In this document: positions 15,250 through 24,290 of the stretch, piece after piece
Layout of the letters: each line of letters opens with the position of its first letter
Numbering within the stretch: position 1 is the first letter of the stretch
NCBI RefSeq assembly: GCF_035285525.1
Contig: NZ_JAYKGW010000019.1
Span: 1 to 32,000, forward strand
Length of the DNA: 32,000 nt
Direction: 5' to 3'
Origin: Okeania sp.
GTDB taxonomy: Bacteria; Cyanobacteriota; Cyanobacteriia; Cyanobacteriales; Microcoleaceae
Notes under the pieces: generated by a model
Database searches by the model: none
Seen by the model: the letters and a program-made list of their open reading frames with translations, nothing else
Told to the model about the DNA's origin: nothing
Translations under genes and position numbers: made by a program

Positions 15250-18200
15250 TTAAGGAGCTTTAATTGGGATTTTAATGATAAACTCAGTTATTTGTCCTGG
15301 TTCAGAACTACATTTCAAAATACCACTATGTTTATCCACTACAATTTGGTAGCTAATCGAAAGGCCAAGACCTGTTCCCTTTCCCACTGGTTTGGTGGTG
15401 AAGAATGGATCGAAAACTTGATTGATTAATTTTTTGGTCATTCCGGGGCCATTATCTGTAATGGATATAACAGCATATTCGACATTGAAGGTAGATAGAT
15501 TTTGATTGTCATCTTCAATATCTATTATTTCTGGTGCTTCAAAACCTAGATAAGTAGTAATTTTAATTATTCTTGGTTCTGGTTGACCTTCTAGAGCATC
15601 AATGGAATTACTGATAATATTCATAAAGACTTGGTTGAGTTGTCCTGGATAACACTCTACTAGGGGCAAATTACCATACTCTTTGACAATTTCAATTCCA
15701 GAATCTTGCCCCTTTGCTCTAATCCGGTTATCTAAAATTAGCAAGGTGCTATCAATACCTTCATGGATATCTACTATTTTTTTCTCTGATTCGTCTAAAC
15801 GAGAGAAGTTTCTTAATGATAAAACTATTTGACGAATACGTTCGGTACCCATTTCCATTGAAGACAGAATTTTGGGTAAGTCTTCCATTAAAAATTCTAA
15901 TTCCATATCTTCAGTTTTGTTCTCAATTTCTGCGACAGGTTCTGGATAATACTTTTGATAAAGATCTAACAATTGGAGAATGTCTCTGGTATAATCCTTA
16001 ATATATTTGATATTACCATGAATAAAATTGACAGGATTATTAATTTCATGGGCAACTCCAGCTACAGTTTGACCAAGAGATGACATTTTTTCTTGTTGGA
16101 TTAATTGAGCTTCTTTTTGCTTGAGGTTTTTTAAAGCTACAGTCAGTTGATGAGCTTGAGTTTGAGCTGCTAATGCTGCTGCACGGGTTTGAGCATAAAG
16201 TTCTGCTTGGTCAATGGCGATCGCTAGTTGGTCTACTGCTGCTTGGAGTAATTCTACTTCACTTTCTTGCCAAGGTCGATAACTACTATATTGATTACAG
16301 ATAACTCCTCCCATTTGACCAGCGCGAGTCCGCAATGGTAGTAATAGTGTAGATTTGATTCCCAACTGTTGTAAATATAGCTGCATTTTTGGGAGTTGCT
16401 TTTGATGAACTGTTTCTGTATTGTCAAATTGTAAAATTTCGTGGTTCCGAATTTTATCTGATAAAATGGCTGTCTGTTCTTGGGGATATTCTGGAATCTG
16501 AACTAATATTGTTTCTTTGGCAGATTCATGGGTGATAGCAATGCTAGTAACTTGACCAGATAAGCACCATATAAAGAAACATTGATCTATTTCTAAGAGG
16601 TTTCTAATTTCTGTAACCGCAGTTTCTAATATATTGTCAAGATCTAGGGAGTCTCTAATTTGACTAGCGAGACGAAACAATAATGCTTCTCTGTTACTTA
16701 ATAGTTGTTCTTGGATATTGACTCGATCAATAGCAATAGAGATGGTGCTGGCAACCCAATTAAGTACGTCTCTAGCTGAGTCTGTAAGGGTTTCGTAACT
16801 CCATACACACATTACCCCTACCACCCGACTATCTGAGGTGAGTATGGTAAAATCGTTGGTCAATATTTGTAGTTTGTTATCGGAGTTAACTTCTGAACTA
16901 AAAATTTCAGAAGTTAAGATGTTTTTGGGATTCAATAATTCCTGTTCATATTTTACATCTAATTTTAAGTTGTTACCAGATAATGCTTGTAATTCTAGTT
17001 GACTGGTTTGACTATTAATAGTCCAAATTCCGGAACCGATAACATTTAACTCTTTGACAATAGCTTTGACACAACGTTCGAGAATATTACTGAGAGAACT
17101 ACTTGCTCCCAGAGCTACTCCTACTTCTGCTTCCAGAGTTGATAAACTTGCTCGCTCTAGCAAAGTTGCTTCTGTGCGTTTACGCTCTGTGATGTCTCGT
17201 GAAACAGCGACTAATTCTATAAGTTGACCTGTTTCTGAATCTTGAATTTTTTGACAAGTGGTTTCAAACCAAATGTAATATCCGTTTTTATGGCGCAGTC
17301 GATGAGTGAAAGTATATGCTTCTGTTTCCTGAGAGACATCAAGTTCAGATAGTTTCCGATCTTCTGGATAAAATAGATCATACATACACTTTCCCACTAA
17401 TTCATCCGGTTGATATCCCAGAAGAGAGTAAGAAGCAGCAGAAGCAAATAAATATATACCTTCTAAGGTTTGCCTAGAAATGATATCAGTAGAATTGTTA
17501 GTCAGGAGTCGATAAAGTGCTTCACTATCTCGCAACGCTTCTTCTGCTTGTTTTTTTTCAGTGATATCTGTCTGAATACCAATAAAGTGAGTAACCCTAC
17601 CATCATTATCTCTAACTGGAGATATTGCTAATTCATTCCAAAAGGGAATACCATCTTTGCGGTAATTTTTGACGACGACTAAACAGTTTGTTTCTGATTT
17701 TATAGCTTGGCGAATTTCAGATAATGCCACAGGATCGGTGTCAGCACCTTGTAAAAATCTACAGTTTTTTCCTAATGTTTCTTCAGGAGGATAACCTGTA
17801 ATTTTAGCAAAAGCAGGGTTAGAATAAATAACGGGATTATCTGGATGGGTATTGGCAGTAATCACTATACCATTGTTACTAGCAGCGATCGCTCTTTCTA
17901 GCAATAATAGTTTTTTTTCTTCTGGATGCTCTTGAGCTTTTTGTTGTATTTTTTTTTGTAATTCTATTTGACTACTGATATATCTACTTAATTTTTTTAA
18001 TAGTTTTTGACATTTCTCTGTTAAGTTTCTGGATACATAATCCATTAATGATAAAATCCCGATTTGTTTGCCATTAATATTAATAGAAATTCCTGCATAA
18101 AATCTGATTTTTGGTTCTGATACTACTAAGCTATGATTTGCTGTTATTTGATTTGTTAATGTATCAGGTATAATTAATATTTCTCCTTCTTTTTTTGCTA

Positions 18201-18402
18201 AGAAGTCTAGAGCTACTTGTTGTACAAAATTCAGGTATTCGTCTTGATTATTATTATCTATTTGAGATTTGAACCAAAGGTAGTTAGAATCTCTGAAGCT
18301 AATAAATGCAATTGGAGTTTCAGCTATATCTGCTGCTAACTCTGCTATTTCTGCAAAGGAAGTTTCCATAGATAATACCTGATATAATGATTTTACTTCC
18401 AT
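15250..18402 (-). CDS. Multi-sensor histidine kinase: GAF - LOV(PAS) - PAS - GAF - GAF - HisKA - HATPase_c
   Basis: LOV signature GKNCRFLQG (Cys214, TGT at 17761-17763 on the minus strand) with FIGIQTDITE downstream. A second PAS domain ends in VAVSRDITERK. The H-box is VAGVAHEINNPVNF, and the N/G boxes are NIISNSIDA, DNGPGM and GTGLGLSI. Confidence 0.95.
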   Translation of the reverse strand: MEVKSLYQVLSMETSFAEIAELAADIAETPIAFISFRDSNYLWFKSQIDNNNQDEYLNFVQQVALDFLAKKEGEILIIPDTLTNQITANHSLVVSEPKIRFYAGISININGKQIGILSLMDYVSRNLTEKCQKLLKKLSRYISSQIELQKKIQQKAQEHPEEKKLLLLERAIAASNNGIVITANTHPDNPVIYSNPAFAKITGYPPEETLGKNCRFLQGADTDPVALSEIRQAIKSETNCLVVVKNYRKDGIPFWNELAISPVRDNDGRVTHFIGIQTDITEKKQAEEALRDSEALYRLLTNNSTDIISRQTLEGIYLFASAASYSLLGYQPDELVGKCMYDLFYPEDRKLSELDVSQETEAYTFTHRLRHKNGYYIWFETTCQKIQDSETGQLIELVAVSRDITERKRTEATLLERASLSTLEAEVGVALGASSSLSNILERCVKAIVKELNVIGSGIWTINSQTSQLELQALSGNNLKLDVKYEQELLNPKNILTSEIFSSEVNSDNKLQILTNDFTILTSDSRVVGVMCVWSYETLTDSARDVLNWVASTISIAIDRVNIQEQLLSNREALLFRLASQIRDSLDLDNILETAVTEIRNLLEIDQCFFIWCLSGQVTSIAITHESAKETILVQIPEYPQEQTAILSDKIRNHEILQFDNTETVHQKQLPKMQLYLQQLGIKSTLLLPLRTRAGQMGGVICNQYSSYRPWQESEVELLQAAVDQLAIAIDQAELYAQTRAAALAAQTQAHQLTVALKNLKQKEAQLIQQEKMSSLGQTVAGVAHEINNPVNFIHGNIKYIKDYTRDILQLLDLYQKYYPEPVAEIENKTEDMELEFLMEDLPKILSSMEMGTERIRQIVLSLRNFSRLDESEKKIVDIHEGIDSTLLILDNRIRAKGQDSGIEIVKEYGNLPLVECYPGQLNQVFMNIISNSIDALEGQPEPRIIKITTYLGFEAPEIIDIEDDNQNLSTFNVEYAVISITDNGPGMTKKLINQVFDPFFTTKPVGKGTGLGLSISYQIVVDKHSGILKCSSEPGQITEFIIKIPIKAP
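17563..17907 (-). other. LOV (light-oxygen-voltage, FMN-binding PAS) domain within the kinase, about aa 166-280
   Basis: LLERAIAASNNGIVITANTHPDNPVIYSNPAFAKITGYPPEETLGKNCRFLQGADTDP...NYRKDGIPFWNELAISPVRDNDGRVTHFIGIQTDITE. The adduct-forming Cys and the terminal Gln are both present. Confidence 0.85.
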
Positions 18403-19231
18403 TTTATTGACTTTCCTTGTTTAATTTTTTATTCTTTATCATGCAATAATTAGCTATAGCAATTTCCATGTTGATGATGTACAAAATTCCTTGGCTCTAG
18501 GGAGTAGGATGAGTAGGGATGAAATCATAAAAACAACGTTAATTCAGTTAATTGAGAAACGCCATTGTATTATTTTAGAATATAATTTTATATATATTAA
18601 TCTCAGCAAACAGCTGTCAATTATAAGGTAAGCATTCAGCACTTTGCACTCAGCGTTCAGCTATCTATTTTACTTTGAGATAAAAGCTTTATGATACGGT
18701 TCCCGATAAGTCAGAAATTTTATCTGAATTACAAAATTCAGTTTCCCAGTTTATATTCGTTTAAATCTCTTCCTTAAGGTTGAGATTTTTATTGTTGTTT
18801 CACTGCACAAGATGAAAAGCGCAGCGACGACCGAGGAGGCTAGCTGACAGCTAATAGCTGAATGTTTACATATTAACAACTTGAAAATTTATCAAGTTAG
18901 ATTACTATATCATAGAATTATAGCATAAACTAATATTAGTTAACTACCAACTAAGCTTACGGTGTAAGCATTTAGCAGTCAGCTAACAGCTACTACTTCT
19001 AGTTTTTGATAAAGGTTTTATTCTTCAAAATTAAATCTAAGTAAAAAAATCATTTTTCAAGCATATATTAATTAAAACCTTCTCTTTAAGGTTAAAATTT
19101 TATAGCTAAAAGCTCTTTGCGGAGCATTCCGTAGGAAATGCTTACCTTACAGTTTATTTGCAGTTATAAAGCAGTAAATTGATACACAGAATTTTCCTAA
19201 AATATAGTATATATACTTAAGGTATTTATTT

Positions 19232-19645
19232 ATGGACAAATATACACTAAATTCAGGCAAGAATATGTCGGAAACTGAAAATAAAAAAAAGACTATCTTG
19301 GCAGTAGATGATAGTAAGATTATGCACACCCTTATTAAACAGGTTTTGGGTAAGGAATATCGGGTGTTAGTAACTGATAATGCTGTAGATGCGTTGTCAA
19401 TGATTTACAATGAACAAGTAGCGGTTCTATTGTTAGATGTTTCGATGCCTGATATAGATGGTTTGGAATTATGTCGTACAATACGCACTATTCCTCAATT
19501 TGAAAGTTTGCCTATTATTATGTTAACAGCTAGAGATAGTTCTTTTGATAAAGTTAAAGGACATTTAGCTGGTGCTACAGAATATCTGACTAAACCTTTT
19601 GATGAGGAGAAGTTACATGAAGTAATTAGTCAGTTATTAGATTAA
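19232..19645 (+). CDS. Single-domain CheY-like response regulator receiver
   Basis: KTILAVDDSKIM, phospho-acceptor context LLLDVSMPDIDG, then MLTAR and TKPF. There is an alternative in-frame start at 19265 (MSETENKKK). It is divergent from the LOV kinase across 829 bp. Confidence 0.9.
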   Translation: MDKYTLNSGKNMSETENKKKTILAVDDSKIMHTLIKQVLGKEYRVLVTDNAVDALSMIYNEQVAVLLLDVSMPDIDGLELCRTIRTIPQFESLPIIMLTARDSSFDKVKGHLAGATEYLTKPFDEEKLHEVISQLLD

Positions 19646-19649
19646 CAAA

Positions 19650-19950
19650 AGAGTTATCAGTTATTAGTTATCAGCATCATTTTTGGTAATTAATTCATTA
19701 TAACTGATAGAGTATTTTTTATGTATTCTCTACTGTCTAATTTTCATTTATCAGTTATCATTTTCGGTAATTAATTAAGTATAGTATAATTGATAGAGTA
19801 TTTTTTATGTATTCCCTACTGTCTAATTTTCATTTATCAGTTATCATTTATCAGTTATCAGTTTCGGTAATTAATGCAGTATAATTGATGCAGTATTTTT
19901 TATGTATTCCCTACTTTATAATTTTCATTTATCAGTTATCAGTTATTAGT
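19650..19950. repeat. About 3 tandem copies of an 86-96-bp AT-rich unit bounded by TTATCAG heptamers
   Basis: agtattttttatgtattc(c/t)ctact.t.taattttcatttatcagttatca recurs at about 19711, 19797 and 19893. A partial copy lies at about 20083. TTATCAG heptamers also occur at 14508-14522, 25978-25995 and 29205-29225. Confidence 0.8.
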
Positions 19951-19961
19951 TGATTTAGATT

Positions 19962-19983
19962 GCCAAGGATTAAAATCCTTGGC
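19962..19983. other. Perfect 9-bp stem, 4-nt loop hairpin GCCAAGGAT-TAAA-ATCCTTGGC
   Basis: Read directly. No flanking T-run on either strand, so it is not a canonical intrinsic terminator. Confidence 0.5.
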
Positions 19984-20113
19984 TAATAGCTTAAGTCATC
20001 TAAAAATGACAAAGTTATCTATATCGTTCTATGCTTAATTAATACACCTTGATATAATGTGGTAAAATAGGAGAAATATTTTTTACTTATTCCCTACTAT
20101 CTAAAAGAAAAAA

Positions 20114-20751
20114 ATGTTACTCGAACTAAAAAAATAACCGTACCCCCCGGACAAAAAGTATTATTAAAAGATGTAAGTTGGCAAGAATTTGAAGAAATTC
20201 TCACCGACTTAGGAGAAAATCGTTCTTCTCGAATAGCTTATGCAAATAATACTTTAGAAATTATGGCTCCCTTACCAAAACATGAACTTAGTAAAGAACT
20301 TATTAGCGACTTACTAAAAGCACTTTTATAAGAACTAGATAGAGAATTTTTAACTTTAGGTTCCACAACTTTCAAAAATCAGCAAATGGCAAAAGGAATA
20401 GAACCTGATAATTGTTTTTATATAGAAAATGAAGCTAAAGTTCGTGGGAAAGAATGTTTAGATTTAACTGTCGATACCCCTCCAGATTTAGCCATAGAAA
20501 TAGACGTAACTTCCCGGACTCATACTAATATTTATGCCAGTTTAGGAGTTAGAGAACTTTGGCGATTTGAGGGAAGAAAGTTGGAAATGTATATATTAGA
20601 AAATACCAAATATATAGAGTCAAAATTTAGTCTGCATTTTCCTGATTTACCCTTAATTGAAATTATTCCCGAATATTGCGATCGCTGTAAAATTATAGGT
20701 AGAAATCAAACCATGAAAATATTTCGTAATTGGGTAAGAGAACAAATTTGA
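20114..20751 (+). pseudogene. Uma2 family (DUF820) endonuclease pseudogene
   Basis: The C-terminal ORF (20386..20751) carries EPDNCFY...PPDLAIEIDVTS...ASLGVRELWRF. Upstream in the same frame reads KKITVPPGQKVLLKDVSWQEFEEILTDLGENRSSRIAYANNTLEIMAPLPKHE...KALL-TAA(20329-20331)-ELDREF. The ATG at 20114 is out of frame across an A7 run (20128-20134). Confidence 0.85.
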
Positions 20752-20864
20752 GAATTTGGTAATTAATAAGTTTGTTGATTTTGCTTGCCTTTTCAGTCTG
20801 TTTCTCTTGACTCTGTAGGGACGTTGTATGCAACTTCCTGCCGTTACTACCAGACTTTTTCAAC

Positions 20865-20990
20865 CCTAAATAGGCTGTAAGATTTGAGTGTAGGGGTTTG
20901 GTTTCCAAATCCCTTTACACTTGGGGAAAGGAGACCAAACCCCTACAGTTTTTTCTCACAAATCATTTCATACTGCTATATATCAAGACT
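20865..20990. repeat. About 120-bp dispersed element (CCTAAATAGG.TGTAAGATTT...GGAGACCAAACCCCTACAGTTTT.TCTCACAAATCATT)
   Basis: It is homologous along its whole length to 31870-31990. The tail alone occurs at 11760-11795, and the internal GGTCTCCAAACC-type palindrome also occurs at 6189-6225, 14226-14262 and 23565-23592. Confidence 0.8.
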
Positions 20991-21060
20991 TACGCAAAGC
21001 AACTAAGAAACCGCGTTTATTGTCGTGATTTTATAGACAAATAAAATAGGATTGCTATAT

Positions 21061-21124
21061 AAATTATTCAGAAATTTTCAACTCATATAGATTCCATAAG
21101 CCTCATCCTAACTCACTATAATTA
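21061..21124 (-). pseudogene. Decayed duplicate of the 3' end of the downstream SBP gene (21384..23159)
   Basis: aaattattcagaaattttcaactcatatagattcca is identical at 21061-21096 and 21381-21416. Similarity then continues with mismatches for about 60-100 nt. The copy would read NYSELG-stop-GLWNLYELKISE-stop. Confidence 0.75.
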
Positions 21125-21383
21125 TTTTCTTTCATTCCCTTACAAATAGTGTCATAAGTGTAGGTTGGGTTGAAGTCGGAAACCCAACAATAATAACACC
21201 ATTTCTCCAAAACTATGACAGTATTAATCTATAGAATCCCAATCATTAATAAAATCAAGAACTGTAGGAATATTTGTTAGTTTTAACTTCCTTCTACCAG
21301 GGCTTGTATTTTCAAAATTAAGAGAAGTATAGTTAAATTTTATTGGCAAAAATCAAGTTTAAAAAAAAATGTTTTCCTGAAAA

Positions 21384-23159
21384 TTATTCAGAAATTTTCA
21401 ACTCATATAGATTCCAGAAACCTCCTCCTAACTCACTATAATTAATTCCTTTAATCCGGTCGCGAATAGCATCAAATTCTAGAGGATTTATCATATAAAT
21501 AAAAGGTAATTCTTCAGCAATAACTTGTTGAGCTTGACCATAAAATTCTTTTCGCTTCTCATCATCTAAAACTTGAGATGCTTGAACATAAAGATCGTCT
21601 ATTTCTTGTTCCCAATCATTTACTTTCCAGCCTTCTATTTTTTCTCCCCCCGCTTCAGGTCCTTGATTAAAAGTATGTAATCTACCATCTACAGCCCAAA
21701 TATTATAACCACCATGAGGTTCAATACTTCCTCCTGTAAAACCTCCTAAATAAGCCTCCCAATCTTTCGATAAAGTCAGCTTTTGTACATAAGTATTAAA
21801 ACTCAAAAATTGCATATTTACTTTCATACCTAGTTTTCCCAAATCTTGATTAATTTGGGTGGCTATTTGTTCTCTAACTTTTCTACCCGCACTTGTTAGT
21901 AAAGTAAATTCTACTTTTTGATCTTCACTATCTAATAAATCACCATTTTGATTATATTTAAAACCAGCTCCCAGCAAAAGTTCTTGAGATTTTTCCGGGT
22001 CATAATTATAAACTTTTAAACCCTCTTCAGGAGATAAATAAAAAGGACTGGTCACAGGAATTGGAGAATATTGAGGCGCACCTAATCCACGGTATATATT
22101 ATTAGTCATTGCCTCTCTATTAATTCCATAAGCGATCGCTTGTCGAAAAGCTTTATTATTAAACCATCGAGATTTAATCGGGTCTACTAATGGTTTTCCT
22201 TGAGAATTTTTCGCCTGATTTAGATTAAAACAAATAAAGCTAGAAGTAGATGTCGGACCACCATTATAAATAGTATATTTGCCTCGTTTTTCTTCTCGTT
22301 TCAAAAGAGGATACATTTCTGCTGTAACTTGAATTGTATCTAATTCTCCAGAACGAAAATTTAACAGTTGATTATCTGTATTTTCGATTACTTGCCAAAC
22401 AATATTTTCAATAAAAGGTAGATTATTTCCCTCATCATCCTTGCGCCAATAAAAAGGATTTTTCTCTAAAATAATTCGTTGATTTGGAGCATAACTTTTA
22501 ACCCGATACATACCATTACCAACAATTTCTGCGACTGGAGTATCAGTTCCCCATTTTGTCAGAAAATTTAATTCTCCTTCAGAATTAGTAGTACGAACAG
22601 AATCTTTTAAAACATGAGCAGGTAAAATATATAATCCTCCAGCATATCTGACAAAAGGAGCAAAAGATTCAGGTGTAGAAAATTCTATACGGAGATTATC
22701 TATTTTTTTTACTGTTGGTAAAGCACCACTTTTACCAATTCTCAAAATATCTTTAGAGCTGCTAGGAATTTTATCATTCAGATAGATTTCGTTATAGGAA
22801 AATACCACATCATCAGCAGTTAAAGGTTCTCCATCTGACCACTTCAAATCTTCTTGTAAAGTAATAACTACTTTCTGTCCGTCATCAGAAACTTCCCAAG
22901 ATTCAGCTAATGCTGGTTCTAATTCTCCTGTAATGCCATTTTCAATAATTAAACCCTCATAAATATAACTAAAAACACTATATGCGGACTGATTTAATGG
23001 GTAGTTAAAAGTAGAAGTATCGCTTGGAGTAGAAACTACTATTCGAGATTGAAAATTTGATGGTGCTGGTTTACAAGCAGTGAGGAAAAATATGAAAATA
23101 ACTGTGCATAAAGTTATTAATTTACGATAATATTTTTGTTGGATATTAAGTTGAATCAT
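21384..23159 (-). CDS. ABC transporter substrate-binding lipoprotein, family 5 (oligopeptide type)
   Basis: 591 aa with a signal peptide and lipobox FLTAC. Typical family-5 features are present (KWSDGEPLTADDVVFSY, GNGMYRV, NPFYWR). No adjacent permease or ATPase genes. Confidence 0.9.
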   Translation of the reverse strand: MIQLNIQQKYYRKLITLCTVIFIFFLTACKPAPSNFQSRIVVSTPSDTSTFNYPLNQSAYSVFSYIYEGLIIENGITGELEPALAESWEVSDDGQKVVITLQEDLKWSDGEPLTADDVVFSYNEIYLNDKIPSSSKDILRIGKSGALPTVKKIDNLRIEFSTPESFAPFVRYAGGLYILPAHVLKDSVRTTNSEGELNFLTKWGTDTPVAEIVGNGMYRVKSYAPNQRIILEKNPFYWRKDDEGNNLPFIENIVWQVIENTDNQLLNFRSGELDTIQVTAEMYPLLKREEKRGKYTIYNGGPTSTSSFICFNLNQAKNSQGKPLVDPIKSRWFNNKAFRQAIAYGINREAMTNNIYRGLGAPQYSPIPVTSPFYLSPEEGLKVYNYDPEKSQELLLGAGFKYNQNGDLLDSEDQKVEFTLLTSAGRKVREQIATQINQDLGKLGMKVNMQFLSFNTYVQKLTLSKDWEAYLGGFTGGSIEPHGGYNIWAVDGRLHTFNQGPEAGGEKIEGWKVNDWEQEIDDLYVQASQVLDDEKRKEFYGQAQQVIAEELPFIYMINPLEFDAIRDRIKGINYSELGGGFWNLYELKISE

Positions 23160-23271
23160 TTTCAGTTGATATATCTCTACAATTTAGATGATACCTAATT
23201 ACAGTACTTTTTATTTGAGTAGATAAAAAAGTTAGTTTTCTGCATTAGGATGGGTTGATTTAAACTTAGTC

Positions 23272-23477
23272 TAGTAGGTTGGGTAGAACAGAGTGAAACC
23301 CAACCAAAATTTACTAATGACAAATAAATATAATAACATTGATATTGTCATTGCGAGGCGGTCAGAAATAAGTTACGCTTTGAAGGAAAGTATTAACTTA
23401 GCCGAAGCAATCTCTTCAGGGAAATTTTAGTTTAGTAGGTTGGGTAGAACAGAGTGAAACCCAACCAAAATTTACTA
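23272..23477. repeat. Two perfect 45-bp direct repeats flanking a 116-bp segment that carries a GTCATTGCGAG...GAAGCAATCTC module
   Basis: tagtaggttgggtagaacagagtgaaacccaaccaaaatttacta occurs at 23272-23316 and 23433-23477. Each repeat contains a GGTTGGGT...ACCCAACC hairpin. Confidence 0.9.
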
Positions 23478-23662
23478 TGATTGGGTTACTCCTGCGAAGA
23501 AGCGAGCTGCGTTCCATGCTACGCAACCCTAAGGGGAACAACCCAACCTACTCTTATTTTTCTTGGGGTTTGGAGACTAAAACCCTATAGTTTACAATTT
23601 TTGCTTAAAAAACTAATTTAAAGTATAATCTTTCTGAACTATAGATTTATTTCACTTCGTCT

Positions 23663-23792
23663 AAAAAACCTAACCCCCCAACCCGCTTCTATCCCCCCTA
23701 ACCCCCCTTTGAAAGGGCAGATAAGGTAAGGGGGAGAATATCTTTCTCCCCTCTCCTTGCAGGAGAGGGGTTGGGGGAGAGGTCTTTCAGGT
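23663..23792. mobile_element. Single-module copy of the G/C-armed MITE family seen at 4372-4620
   Basis: aaaaaacctaaccccccaacccgc...ccccctttgaaaggg...cccctctccttgcaggagaggggttgggggagaggtctttcaggt has the same termini as the 4.4-kb copy but only one CCCCTCTCC/GGAGAGGGG hairpin. Confidence 0.8.
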
Positions 23793-23864
23793 AGCTAAAA
23801 ACTACATAATTTATCCTCCTTTAAACTCAGTAATTTTATTCCTAAAAACTAACAATTAAACATT

Positions 23865-24265
23865 ATGTCATTAGAAAATATTCAACTCATAATTTCCCTA
23901 TCCGATCCACAATTAAAAGATGAATAACTTCAAACAGATACCCGAACTATTTTGTCATAAATTCAAGGATTTGATGGAGTGAAAAATGCAGATTTAATGC
24001 CAATAGAAACCGTTGAACCTGGAGCTATCAGTGTCGGTGCTTTTTAGTAGGTATTCTCACGGCAGAAGTTAATGTTGAAAATCTCAAAGGTTTAATTAAA
24101 TATTTAGGCGATCGCCTCTATGGTAAATCTATTCAAATAAAAATCAAAATTAAAAGTAATGATCGAGAGGTAGAAGTTGAGATCGAAGGTCGTAATGTTG
24201 AAGAGTTGAATGAGAAATATGAGAGAGTTAAAGCAACAATAGAAAAAATTACTAATCAACAATAA
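23865..24265 (+). pseudogene. Pseudogene of a small conserved cyanobacterial protein that (from memory) typically precedes caspase/CHAT/trypsin-type genes
   Basis: It reads MSLENIQLIISLSDPQLKDE-TAA(23925)-LQTDTRTILS-TAA(23958)-IQGFDGVKNADLMPIETVEPGAISVGAF, then a -1 frameshift at a T5 run (24041-24045), then VGILTAEVNVENLKGLIKYLGDRLYGKSIQIKIKIKSNDREVEVEIEGRNVEELNEKYERVKATIEKITNQQ-stop. Confidence 0.6.
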
Positions 24266-24290
24266 AAAAGTTAGTCAAGGAGATTTTTTG

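Noticed and set aside
15250-17200. Bilin-binding (phytochrome or cyanobacteriochrome) GAF domains in the kinase
   Set aside because: The third GAF has the phytochrome-like ...YLQQLGIKSTLLLPL... segment. However, there is no Cys-His immediately upstream (it reads TVHQKQL) and no DxCF motif, so I see no chromophore-attachment cysteine. Only the LOV domain is a supportable photosensor.
19650-19950. Possible CRISPR arrays at 19650-19950 and 26057-26590 (regular tandem repeats)
   Set aside because: There are no unique spacers, because the whole unit repeats, including the AT-rich parts. The periods (about 86-96 and 101 bp) and the absence of any cas genes do not fit a CRISPR array.
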